32,000 nucleotides of DNA, from positions 1,410,001 through 1,442,000 of the forward strand of contig NZ_CP042911.1 of NCBI RefSeq assembly GCF_008065095.1, written 5' to 3'. The stretch comes from Gemmata obscuriglobus. GTDB taxonomy: Bacteria > Planctomycetota > Planctomycetia > Gemmatales > Gemmataceae. The notes below the pieces were generated by a model, which made no database searches, was not told the DNA's origin, and saw only the letters and a program-made list of their open reading frames with translations. Position numbers and translations under genes: made by a program. This document shows, one piece after another, positions 21,851 to 30,353 of the stretch; position 1 is the stretch's first letter; each line of letters opens with the position of its first letter.

Positions 21851-21947
21851 CCTGTTAGCCGCTTCACCGCGCTTCGCATGTCGTGAGCATTGCCGGAAAA
21901 TCGATGGTGCTAAACTGCTGTCAGGCCATGGGTTACGCAAACAGCAC

Positions 21948-22026
21948 TGGACAAGGGGGGCTTGACTCTCCTATAATTTCATGGGCTCTCTACGGGCATT
22001 GAAAAATTCATCTGCCAATTTATATT
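21948..22026 (+). promoter_or_regulatory. AT-rich region with two sigma70-like promoter candidates upstream of the three-gene operon
   Basis: TGGACA (21948), 18 nt, TATAAT (21972); and TTGAAA (21999), 16 nt, TATATT (22021). This is the most AT-rich stretch of the window, 85-160 nt upstream of ATG 22111. Confidence 0.35.
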
Positions 22027-22110
22027 GGATGTCTTTTCCCTGAATTACGGTGCGCCCCACAATTCAGAGAAAAACGAACGCTACGGCGGCGGGACCGCAA
22101 GGCAAATGAT

Positions 22111-22773
22111 ATGAGCTGGACTGAAAACCCCCCCGTCGTCGTCGTGCTGGCTCGCCATTTTAATCCCAGCATCTTTAACCCAGTCTGGCTTGCCAAGCAC
22201 GGTATCCTAAACGAAACCGGAGATTACAAGCCGGACTCGGTATTCACCGGCCAACTGGTCCAGGTGGTGACGGATGATTTTGTATTGGTTGTGACCAATG
22301 ATCAGATGCAATTCATTCTCCTCGCCTCGCCAGAAAGGCATTCGGTACTGATTGAGGAGAAAGTTGGCACATTAATCCGGAAGCTTCCAGAAGTGCCGTA
22401 TCGTGCGGTCGGGCTGAACTTTAACTGGCATAACGCGCTGGATGCGAACCGCTTGGCTGAGGAAACCCGTCAGTTGTTTGCAGGGCGAACGGACGGGATT
22501 TACTCCTGCTTTACCGAGCCGAATGCAAGGTTTGGTGCGTACTTGAGTAAGGATTTTGGACCATTTCGCATGAAATTGGATGTGAAGCCGATCTTGGTCG
22601 AGATGGAAGGGGTAAAGGGGGATCGCATCCAGTTCGCGTTTAACTTCCACCACGACCTACCCGCAGAGCGTAACGCCCCTGACGCGCTCTTTGACCTGAT
22701 CGGTCAGTGGAACGCGGTTCGCACTGAGACCGTCAAGACCATCAAGACCGTTGGCTTCCGGGAACAGCTATGA
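22111..22773 (+). CDS. Hypothetical protein, gene 1 of the lower-GC operon (possibly TIGR04255-like; unverified)
   Basis: 220-aa ORF. Beta-rich, with PPVVVVLARHFNP.., DDFVLVVTNDQMQFIL and RAVGLNFNWH segments that remind me of the TIGR04255 pattern (..RiGLRY.N.i). Its stop overlaps the next start (ATGA at 22770). Confidence 0.6.
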   Translation: MSWTENPPVVVVLARHFNPSIFNPVWLAKHGILNETGDYKPDSVFTGQLVQVVTDDFVLVVTNDQMQFILLASPERHSVLIEEKVGTLIRKLPEVPYRAVGLNFNWHNALDANRLAEETRQLFAGRTDGIYSCFTEPNARFGAYLSKDFGPFRMKLDVKPILVEMEGVKGDRIQFAFNFHHDLPAERNAPDALFDLIGQWNAVRTETVKTIKTVGFREQL

Positions 22774-23657
22774 ACACCACCCTCTCCAACGAATACGACA
22801 CACAGACGAACCGTATTATCGGATTCAACTCCGTTTACACCACGCTGTCGCACATGCCGGCAGGCCATAGCAGCTCTGGTTCGCGTCTCGGGGTGCATAC
22901 GTCAGACTGTGCGCTCTACTCACGTGGTGTCGGCTCCCAAAACTGGGTGCAGCAGGTAGTGTGGTACGGTGCCGACGACGCTGGTGGCTTCGAACTGATT
23001 CCGAGCGTTCAGGAGAAGGGCTACTACGGTGCCCGTAAGGTTGAGAAGCGGCCCTCTGCGCCAACGGTTTCCGTTGTATTGTTAAAATCGGAGCCGGTGC
23101 CGCGTGAGGCGAGAGGGGAGCCGGTTAAATACCTTGCCGAGGTGGTGAAATACGCCACTGCAGTGGCGCACGCACACGACGAACTGGTAGCGAACGCGGC
23201 TAGACCGATGCCGGTGTCGGTGATCGTTAATAATTTGGCTATTCGTCCAGTGGATCATAAGGACAAATGGGAAAAACGACTGGACGATCTCCAAACCTTT
23301 GAGCGTGACTGGGACAGCTACGGCGCTGAGCCACCGAGCCAACAATCGATCGGTAACGCTCGCGCCTTCGTGGCATTTCTCAGGACGAACTTCAAGGAAC
23401 CTGACGCGCTAAATCCCTCGGCGGTGGGCGGAGTGGGCTTCACCTTTCGCGACGGCAAGCGGTCAGTGTATATTGAGTTTCGGAATACCGGAAACGCACA
23501 CGCCGCTTTTATGGGCGCGGGTAAGCCTCGCGTCGAGAAGGTCATCCAGGACGCGGATGGCTTCCGGGCCGTGATGCACCAGACCGAGACGCACTTGTAT
23601 GAGCAAGATGCCGCCACAGCCCGAATTGATGAAACGAGCCGGCCGTCCCGTTATTGA
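22770..23657 (+). CDS. Hypothetical protein, gene 2 of the lower-GC operon
   Basis: 295-aa ORF translationally coupled to gene 1. The C-terminal half has a LQTFERDWDSYGAEPPSQQSIGNARAFVAFL ... PSAVGGVGFTFRDGKRSVYIEFRNTG pattern. Confidence 0.6.
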   Translation: MNTTLSNEYDTQTNRIIGFNSVYTTLSHMPAGHSSSGSRLGVHTSDCALYSRGVGSQNWVQQVVWYGADDAGGFELIPSVQEKGYYGARKVEKRPSAPTVSVVLLKSEPVPREARGEPVKYLAEVVKYATAVAHAHDELVANAARPMPVSVIVNNLAIRPVDHKDKWEKRLDDLQTFERDWDSYGAEPPSQQSIGNARAFVAFLRTNFKEPDALNPSAVGGVGFTFRDGKRSVYIEFRNTGNAHAAFMGAGKPRVEKVIQDADGFRAVMHQTETHLYEQDAATARIDETSRPSRY

Positions 23658-24150
23658 TGAATTCCACGACGATGAGTACCTCTACCGGCGCGTTCCGACC
23701 AGAATCTGGCCGGCGGTGGACGCTCCGCTTACCGTCGATGCGATGAACCTTCCTGACATTTCGATGGCTCGCAGTTCTCTCGGCCACCCGGAGTGGTTGA
23801 GGCTTGATATGCATGCCAACATCCCTCGGAAGAACTGGGGGGTGATCGGCGTGCGAGTCCGGTTGGTACCACCCATGTGTCAGCCGGATGGTGGCCCGTT
23901 ATTTACCTATCGCGTGGTTCATGTACCACTGGACTATGACTATCCGCACAGCGAGGTGAGAGCCTTCGACGGTGAGAGACACCTTGATTCGAAGGAGAGC
24001 GTGCTGCCGGAGGATCTTCACCTTGAATGGCGAGCAACTCTGCTCGAAGCGTGCGAAGTGATGATTCGTCCGAACGAGCAGTGCTCCATCCGCAATGATC
24101 CGCCGAAGTCGCATGAACCAGAGCCGCACCCCGACTTGAAGAGAGGATGA
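23599..24150 (+). CDS. Hypothetical protein, gene 3 of the lower-GC operon (toxin-like; function unknown)
   Basis: 183-aa ORF overlapping gene 2 by 59 nt. Alternative in-frame starts at 23608 and 23629. Motifs LYRRVP, DISMARSS, HVPLDYDYPHSEVRAF. Confidence 0.55.
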   Translation: MSKMPPQPELMKRAGRPVIDEFHDDEYLYRRVPTRIWPAVDAPLTVDAMNLPDISMARSSLGHPEWLRLDMHANIPRKNWGVIGVRVRLVPPMCQPDGGPLFTYRVVHVPLDYDYPHSEVRAFDGERHLDSKESVLPEDLHLEWRATLLEACEVMIRPNEQCSIRNDPPKSHEPEPHPDLKRG

Positions 24151-24297
24151 TGTGACAAGGGACAGAGGTGCATGCAAATTCATCCTCTAGTCGAACCGCT
24201 AAGCAATCCTCAAGGCTCAAGAAACTGCAAAAGAAACGCAATATCGGCCAACTCTGACAAGCACTTCTCCCCGGCCGGCCGGTGACATCGGCCGGGG

Positions 24298-24891
24298 ATG
24301 AGCACCCTTCTTGCGCCGGCTCCGGTTCCCGATCCTGCGCCCGTGGCGGTCCGCCCGGCGGTGCCGGGTGACTGGACGTTCCTCGACCACCTCCAGCGGT
24401 TGCACCACCACGCCATCGGGTTCCTGTCACGTGCCGCGCTGGGCGAGGCCATCGACCGCGGGCGGGTGCTGCTGGCGCTGGAGAACGGCTTGCCGGCCGG
24501 GTACCTGTACGCCGCGCCGCGCTACCACCGGCGGGCGGACGTGGCCGTGATCTATCAGGCGGCGGTGAGCTTCGATGCGCGGCGCCGGCACCTGGGCACC
24601 GGTCTGGTGCGGGCGTTCGCGGAGCGGTTGCCGGCGACGGTCGGGCAGGTGTCCCTGTGGTGCGCCGCGGACCTGGAGGCGGGCGGGTTCTGGTCGGCGC
24701 TGGGGTTTACGCCGGTGGCGATGCGGGCCGGGGCGCACAACAAGCGGACGCACGTGTTCTGGTGCTGTAACCCCCGTTACACCGGGTCGGGGCCGGTGGG
24801 GACGTTCTGGGTGCCGGAGGCGACGCGCGGCGGTGTGGTCCGCGCCACCCGTACGGTGACGCGCCTCGCGCCGGCGCGGGGCGAAGGTTAG
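24298..24891 (+). CDS. GNAT-family N-acetyltransferase
   Basis: VRPAVPGDWTFLDHL.., YQAAVSFDARRRHLGTGLVRAF (Q/RxxGxG/A acetyl-CoA motif), LEAGGFWSALGFTPV. Contains one TGTAAC-CCCC-GTTACA palindrome near its 3' end. Confidence 0.7.
   Translation: MSTLLAPAPVPDPAPVAVRPAVPGDWTFLDHLQRLHHHAIGFLSRAALGEAIDRGRVLLALENGLPAGYLYAAPRYHRRADVAVIYQAAVSFDARRRHLGTGLVRAFAERLPATVGQVSLWCAADLEAGGFWSALGFTPVAMRAGAHNKRTHVFWCCNPRYTGSGPVGTFWVPEATRGGVVRATRTVTRLAPARGEG
24766..24783. repeat. Isolated copy of the TGTAAC-CCCC-GTTACACC palindrome
   Basis: Same arms and spacer as the first copy in the ParB-like gene (3039-3056). Inside the GNAT CDS (codons CNPRYT). Confidence 0.85.
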
Positions 24892-24974
24892 CGGCGGTGG
24901 TACTGGAGCGCGGGCCTCTGGCCCGCCGGTATGCGGCGCATGTCGCTCGGGGGACGGTGCGGGTGCGCGGAGGC

Positions 24975-25383
24975 GAAGACCTAACCCCCCGGCCCCCTTC
25001 CCTGAAGGGAAGGGGGTGGCACCGGGAGGAGTGATCCCGGGGCGGGAGGTGCGCGCGGGGCGACCCACCCCCAGCCCCCTCCCTGAAGGGAGGGGGAGGA
25101 TGGTTGATCCGCGAAGCGAACGTGATTCGCGATGCGGAACCGAAGTGCCTTCCTCCCCTCCCTTCAGTGAGGGGCTGGGGGTGGGTTGTCTTCGGTTTTG
25201 CTCCCCCTCCCTTCAGGGAGGGGGCTGGGGGGTGGGTTGCCCCGCGCGCGCCTCTCGCGCTGGGACCAGCGTTCTCGGCGCCACCCCCTTCCCTTTAGGG
25301 AAGGGGGCCGGGGGGGTAGGTTGTCTTCGGTTCTGCTCCCCCTCCCTTCAGAAGGGGGCCGGGGGGTTAGGTTGCCTTTCCTC
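24975..25383. repeat. REP/BIME-like array D. It includes a unique 48-nt element (25102-25149) shared in inverted orientation with array E.
   Basis: Multiple CCCT(C/T)CCCT..AGGGA(G/A)GGG hairpins in both orientations. 24979-~25240 is the reverse complement of ~30555-30815. Confidence 0.85.
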
Positions 25384-25401
25384 CTGTAACCCCCGTTACA
25401 G
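25384..25401. repeat. Isolated copy of the palindrome CTGTAAC-CCCC-GTTACAG at the inner edge of array D
   Basis: 7-nt arms are perfect. The spacer CCCC matches that at 3037 and 24766. Confidence 0.85.
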
Positions 25402-25947
25402 CAGGTGGGCCGGTCGGCTTCCGATGGGGCACCGACGGGACATTCGCTGCCGATCGACTGCCGGTTCGCTGGTCGGGTGCTGGGCGGTCGCTACCCACGA
25501 ATCACGCCCCCAAAGCCCCCCCAATGCGGCAGGAGACGAGCGGGTGCGCTATCGGTGATGGTCGAGTTCTGTGTCGTAACGCTTTGATGCTTTTGTGCTT
25601 ATAGCGATTGCGATCCGTGCGGACCGCTTCGCTTCCCGGACGGCAATCACGCGCCAGAATCCCTCCGGTGTGGGCAGAGACGAGGTTCGAGCTGCCAGAA
25701 CTACCACACAGGGAAAAAGTAGTTGGGAAATGACCGGCGCACCGGTGGGCAGCAGTTTCGCAGGTAGGGGCGTAAGATTCGCGCCTGCCATGAGTGTCGG
25801 GCAAATATTAAGCGGGAGCAAGGAGCGTGTAACTTGTTCTCTCCACACAAATTCCGTTTTGGCTCGGCCTGGGAGTTGCTTTTGCTTATAGCGGCGGACG
25901 GTGCGGCATCCCGCGTAGCCTCCGATCCACAACCGGAAGGTGTCGCA

Positions 25948-26403
25948 ATGTGCCCTGTACCACCGAGCGAGAGCACGACCGAATCGGAACCGCCGCTGCG
26001 GGTGCTCTGCGTGGACGACAACAACGACGCCGCCGACACGACCGTCGAGCTGCTGTGCGCCGTCGGGTTCGAGGCGCGGGCCTGTTACAGCGGTCCGACG
26101 GCGCTGGCGCTGGCGGCAACGTTCCACCCGGGGGTGTGCCTGCTGGACCTGAACATGCCGGGCATGGACGGCGACGAGCTGGCGCGGCGGCTGCGCCCGG
26201 ACCCGGACGCCGGGCCGGTGGTGCTGGTCGCGCTCACGGCGATGAGCGACGACAACAGCCGGCGGCGCATCGCGGCGGCCGGGTTCGACCTCCACCTGGT
26301 GAAGCCGGTGGACCCGCACCAACTGGTCACGGTGGTGGACAAGCTGTGGCACTCGTGGGCGGTGCGGCAGAAGCAGTCCGAACGCGCGCAAGCGGCGCAG
26401 TAG
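25948..26403 (+). CDS. Single-domain CheY-like response regulator receiver
   Basis: ATG 25948 with GGAAGG upstream. LRVLCVDDNND, phospho-acceptor context CLLDLNMPGMDG, LVALTAMSD, HLVKPVD. Confidence 0.8.
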   Translation: MCPVPPSESTTESEPPLRVLCVDDNNDAADTTVELLCAVGFEARACYSGPTALALAATFHPGVCLLDLNMPGMDGDELARRLRPDPDAGPVVLVALTAMSDDNSRRRIAAAGFDLHLVKPVDPHQLVTVVDKLWHSWAVRQKQSERAQAAQ

Positions 26404-26416
26404 CGGGCGGGGGCGG

Positions 26417-26803
26417 TTACCGGCGGGCGCGGGGCCGCTGATCGACCGACTCGCAGACGCGGCGGTATACGACCCGGCCGTCGGCCCCGAACCGCACCTC
26501 GAGCCGGGCCTCGTCGCTCCGCCAGAACACGGTGCGGTGCGGGCCGCGCTCGAGGTCGATGGGCACCTGGGGGAGGCTGCGGTGGTCGACGGTGAAGCGG
26601 CCCGGGTCGCTGCAATAGTCGCCCGGGGGCGCCCCGAGCAGCGCGACGACTTCGGCCTCGGTCAGTCCCGGTACGACCCGCTCCATTTGCTCGACCCGCG
26701 GGGCGGCGGGGGCCGGGGCGCGAAAGGAAATCAGGACGGCCGCGAGCCCGACGACCAGCACGCCGACCGCCGCGGCCGACTGCCTTCGCGATGTGGGTTT
26801 CAT
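26417..26803 (-). CDS. Small membrane-anchored or exported protein with BamE/SmpA-OmlA-like motif
   Basis: Start taken at ATG 26803 (GGAGGG upstream), not the 27112 ORF start. N-terminal anchor AAAVGVLVVGLAAVLISF, then GLTEAEVVALLGAPPGDY. ATGA overlap with the upstream gene. Confidence 0.55.
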   Translation of the reverse strand: MKPTSRRQSAAAVGVLVVGLAAVLISFRAPAPAAPRVEQMERVVPGLTEAEVVALLGAPPGDYCSDPGRFTVDHRSLPQVPIDLERGPHRTVFWRSDEARLEVRFGADGRVVYRRVCESVDQRPRARR

Positions 26804-27210
26804 CCGCTGTGCCCTCCGTGCCCGCCCGCGGTTCGGAAGCGGCTCCTGTGCCGCAACCAGAACACCGGGCCGACGGCGCTCCCGGCCAGCAGCGCGACGA
26901 GCGGCACGTTCGCGGCGGCGAGCAGAACCCCGGCGGGTGAGGCGTACCCCACCCACTGCTCCCGTCCCGGCGGCCCCACCAGGATTGCGGCCCCGATCGG
27001 CAGCGGCAGACCGTACACCCGGAGCGTGGGCGACGCCTGGTACTTCGCGAAGAACCCGCCCCACGCGCCGGCCGCGGCCCCGGCCAGCCAGAGCACCGCT
27101 AGGGCGGCCCACCAGCCGCCGGGGGCGCGCCGAGCCCGGAGCGCGCGCACGGCCGCGGTGTTGGCCCAGGCGAGGAGCACGAAGACGGCGGGGATCAGGA
27201 CCAGTGCCAT
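26800..27210 (-). CDS. Polytopic small membrane protein (hypothetical)
   Basis: Several hydrophobic segments (MALVLIPAVFVLLAWA, WWAALAVLWLAGAAAGAWGGFF, LPLPIGAAILVG, GVLLAAANVPLVALLAGSAVGPVFW). Confidence 0.5.
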   Translation of the reverse strand: MALVLIPAVFVLLAWANTAAVRALRARRAPGGWWAALAVLWLAGAAAGAWGGFFAKYQASPTLRVYGLPLPIGAAILVGPPGREQWVGYASPAGVLLAAANVPLVALLAGSAVGPVFWLRHRSRFRTAGGHGGHSG

Positions 27211-27232
27211 GTCGGGGCTCCGGCGGCGGGGC

Positions 27233-27655
27233 TCACGGGCGCGGCGGGTCGGCCGGCAGCGTCTGCTCGTACCACTTCCGGAACGGTTCCATTTGGAGGT
27301 GCGTGTACTTGGTGCAGCGGACGACGCGCGGGCCGCAGGCGAGCCAGAGCACCCCGTCCGCGTAGACCACTTCCGACGCCTCCAGGGTCCGGCCCCCGAC
27401 CTCGACCCGGAGCGGCTTCGGGAACAGGAACCGGACGTGGTCGCCCTTCCGCGCGGCCGCCAGCTCGGCGGCGGTGCCGGCGCCGACGGCGTGGCAGGAT
27501 TCGAGGACGCCGCCGAGCAGCCGCGCGCCCTCGGCGACCGACTTCGCGGGGTACGTCGTCTTCACCTTCTCCAGAACGCGGGCGGCCGTCGGCTCGTCCG
27601 CGCCGAGGCGCGGGACGGTCACGAGCAGGGCCGCCGCAACAGCCAAGTACCGCAT
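27233..27655 (-). CDS. Secreted hypothetical protein (signal-peptide-like N-terminus)
   Basis: MRYLAVAAALLVTVPRLGADE, then a soluble domain. Good coding bias. Lies 22 nt upstream of the next gene. Confidence 0.55.
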   Translation of the reverse strand: MRYLAVAAALLVTVPRLGADEPTAARVLEKVKTTYPAKSVAEGARLLGGVLESCHAVGAGTAAELAAARKGDHVRFLFPKPLRVEVGGRTLEASEVVYADGVLWLACGPRVVRCTKYTHLQMEPFRKWYEQTLPADPPRP

Positions 27656-27718
27656 ACGGTCATCTCCGGGGGGCGAACGGTGTGCCGGGCATCGGGACTT
27701 CGAGGCGTCCCGCGCGGG

Positions 27719-28066
27719 TCAGATCCGGCGGTCGGGGCCGGGCTCGGGCTCGTCGTGGTCGTTGAGCGCGACGCACACGCCGTCCCGGAAGCGCATCCGG
27801 GCCTCCACGTGGGCGGAGACGGTGTAGGCGTCGAGCAGGGAGAACCGCCCCTTCTCGACCCAGATCATCAGCTCCTCGTCGGCGGTGGGCTCCGGTACGC
27901 GGGTGGGCGGCCCCAGCGCCGCCGCGACTTCGGCCCGGGTGCGGCCGAGCGGGTCGCCGAGTTTGTCGAGCCCCGCTTGGAGTGCCCGCACCCGGCGGAA
28001 CGCGAGCCAGTAGCGCGCCGACCAGTACCCGACCAGAGCGGCGACGATCGCGAGGGCGTACCACAT
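27719..28066 (-). CDS. Small N-terminally anchored protein, BamE-like motif (paralog-like to 26417..26803)
   Basis: MWYALAIVAALVGYWSARYW anchor. GRTRAEVAAALGPPTRV parallels GLTEAEVVALLGAPP. Confidence 0.5.
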   Translation of the reverse strand: MWYALAIVAALVGYWSARYWLAFRRVRALQAGLDKLGDPLGRTRAEVAAALGPPTRVPEPTADEELMIWVEKGRFSLLDAYTVSAHVEARMRFRDGVCVALNDHDEPEPGPDRRI

Positions 28067-28169
28067 GGGGGCGACTCCGGACGGACCGGGCGGCGCCCGG
28101 CACGCTTCGACCAGTACCGCGCGGCGCCGGCGGACGCAAGGACGTGGTGCCGATTTTCGCCCCGCGGCC

Positions 28170-30353
28170 TCACGGGGCCGAGGTGTCGAGCGGGAGCCGG
28201 ACCGTGAACGTGGTGCCGTGCCCGGGGCCGTCGCTGGCCGCGGAGGCGCTGCCGCCGTGCAACTCGGCGATCGACCGCACGAGCGCCAGCCCGAGCCCGA
28301 GCCCCTCGCGGCTGCGCTCGAGCGACCCCTCGGACTGGGCGAACGCCTGGAACACGCGCCGCAGGTCCGCCGCGGCGATCCCGATGCCGGTGTCGGCGAC
28401 GGACAGGGACGCGGCGGTGGCGTCGGCGCCGAGCGCGACGGTGACCCGGCCGCCCCGGTCGGTGAACTTCCCGGCGTTGGTGAGCAGGTTGCTGATCACC
28501 TGGCGCAGCCGGACCGCGTCGCCCCGCACCCGCACCGGGGCCGCCGGGGTGCGGGCCGCGAGCGCGATCCCGTTCGCCTCCAGCGCCGCGCGGGCGTCCT
28601 CCACCGCGGCCCGCACGAGCGGGGCGAGGTCGAGCGGGACGAGATCGACCCGGAGCTTGCCCTGGCCGGCGCGGCTGGCGTCGAGCAGGTCCTCCACGAT
28701 GCGCCGCAGGGCGCCCGTCTGCCGCTCGATCATGTCGGCCGCCCGGGCGGCGACCGCGTTCCCCCCGGCGCTCATGCGAACGAGCTGCGCGGCGTTCTGG
28801 ATCGGGGCGATCGGGTTCCGCAACTCGTGGGCCACGGCGGCGAGGAAGTCGTCGCGGCGCCGGGCCTCGGCCTCCAGCCCGGCCCCGCGCCGGGCGAGCG
28901 CGGTGAGCACCATCTCGTGGAGCGTGTGGGCCGCGTCCCGGTCGCACGCGCCCCACGGCTCGGACTTCCCGCGCTGCTCCTCGCGCCACAGCGTGAACGA
29001 CCCGCGCGGCGAGAGCCGCGGGCCGTTCGGGCCGGTCACCACCCGCTTGTAGTGCGGGTCGCCGGCCCAGCGCACGGAGGCGATCAGCTCCGGGCGGAAC
29101 CACAGCAGGTAGTCGCCGCCGCCCAGCGGGACGGCGAGGAGCCCGCTGGCGGTCGCCGGGTCGGTGCCGGGCACGGCGGCGGGCAGCGCGTGCGTGTCGT
29201 ACTCGCCGCGGTTGCCGTCCCGCAGCCACTGCGCCACCCGGGCGGCCTGCTCCGCGCCCGGGGTCGCGCCGGCGAGGGTCACCCGCCCGCCGGACACGAC
29301 GGCCGCGCCGGCGGCGCGCGTCAGCCCGATCAGCTCGTCGGGTCGCTCGGCCAGCACCGCGACCGGGTCGTCGCCGACGAGTGCTGCGGCCAGCCGGCCG
29401 AGCCGCTCCTGGGCCGCCGCCCGGCACCGCAGGTCCTCGGCGTCCTGCTTGGCGGACAGTTGGAGGGACACGAGCACCCCGAGCGACTCGCACGCGGCCC
29501 GCACCCGGTACGGCAGGAACAGGGGGGCGTAGTGGTGGCACGCGACCAGCCCCCACAGCCGCCCGTCCTTCAAGAGGGAGATGGTGAGCGTCCCGGCCAC
29601 GTCCATGTTCTTGAGGTACTCGACGTGGATCGGGGACACGCTCCGCAGCACCGCGTGGCTCAGGTCCAGCGGGGCGCCGGTGCCCGGGTCCAGCTCCGGC
29701 ACGAGGGCGGAGGACGCATAGGTGATGTCCGGGAGGTGTCGCACGAGGTTCAGGTGGTACAGCCGGCGCGCCTGGGCGGGGATGTCCGACGCCGGGTAGT
29801 GCAGCCCGAGGAACGGCTCCAGGTCCTCGCGCTTGACCTCGGCGTACACCTCGCCGTTCCAGTCCGGGTCGAACCGGTACACCATGACCCGGTCGTACCC
29901 GGTGAGCGCCCGCACCTCACGCGCGACCACCTCGCAGAAGGGTTGCAGGTGAAGGCCGTTGCGCAGGTTCGCGAGGGTGAACCGCACGAGCCGGTCGGGG
30001 TCCGTGGTCGCGCCCCCGGCGGGCTCGAGTTCCACGATGAGGCGGCCGGCGTGCCGGTGCGCGATGACATCGAACGCGCGCCCGCCGACGCTCACCGGGA
30101 GCGGGGCGAGGGGGCGCGGGTCGGGCGCGGCGAGCGCGGCGGTGAGGTCGCGGCCCAGCACGTCGGCGAGTGGGCGCCCGAGCGGCAGTTCCGGCAGCCC
30201 GAGGAGGTCGGCGCAGTTCGCGCTGGCCTGAACCACGACCCCGTCGGGTTCGGAAACGGCCAGTAGCGCCCCGTGCGGCTGGACCCGCCCGGGGATGTGG
30301 ATCGGCTCGCTCTCGCAGGTGACCAGATCGACCGTGCTCATGGCCGAGGACAT
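28170..30353 (-). CDS. bphP: Bacteriophytochrome histidine kinase (PAS-GAF-PHY-HisKA-HATPase)
   Basis: Start at ATG 30353 (GGAG 5 nt upstream). N-terminal chromophore-Cys context DLVTCESEPIHIPGRVQPHGALL. GAF block RVMVYRFDPDWNGEVYAE..LGLHYPASDIPAQARRLY. H-box FLAAVAHELRNPIAPI. G-boxes DTGIGI and GLGLGLALV. Confidence 0.9.
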   Translation of the reverse strand: MSSAMSTVDLVTCESEPIHIPGRVQPHGALLAVSEPDGVVVQASANCADLLGLPELPLGRPLADVLGRDLTAALAAPDPRPLAPLPVSVGGRAFDVIAHRHAGRLIVELEPAGGATTDPDRLVRFTLANLRNGLHLQPFCEVVAREVRALTGYDRVMVYRFDPDWNGEVYAEVKREDLEPFLGLHYPASDIPAQARRLYHLNLVRHLPDITYASSALVPELDPGTGAPLDLSHAVLRSVSPIHVEYLKNMDVAGTLTISLLKDGRLWGLVACHHYAPLFLPYRVRAACESLGVLVSLQLSAKQDAEDLRCRAAAQERLGRLAAALVGDDPVAVLAERPDELIGLTRAAGAAVVSGGRVTLAGATPGAEQAARVAQWLRDGNRGEYDTHALPAAVPGTDPATASGLLAVPLGGGDYLLWFRPELIASVRWAGDPHYKRVVTGPNGPRLSPRGSFTLWREEQRGKSEPWGACDRDAAHTLHEMVLTALARRGAGLEAEARRRDDFLAAVAHELRNPIAPIQNAAQLVRMSAGGNAVAARAADMIERQTGALRRIVEDLLDASRAGQGKLRVDLVPLDLAPLVRAAVEDARAALEANGIALAARTPAAPVRVRGDAVRLRQVISNLLTNAGKFTDRGGRVTVALGADATAASLSVADTGIGIAAADLRRVFQAFAQSEGSLERSREGLGLGLALVRSIAELHGGSASAASDGPGHGTTFTVRLPLDTSAP

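Noticed and set aside
21962-21977. TTGACT ... TATAAT as a promoter pair
   Set aside because: The two hexamers are only 4 nt apart. The TATAAT is instead paired with TGGACA at 21948 (18-nt spacer) in the reported candidate.
25684-25692. GGTTCGAGC resembling a tRNA T-loop
   Set aside because: No flanking T-stem complementarity, acceptor stem or anticodon arm could be built around it.
26537-30266. Plus-strand ORFs 26537..28207 (556 aa) and 28065..30266 (733 aa)
   Set aside because: Antisense to the bphP operon, whose minus-strand products have canonical phytochrome/HisKA/HATPase motifs and signal/TM peptides.
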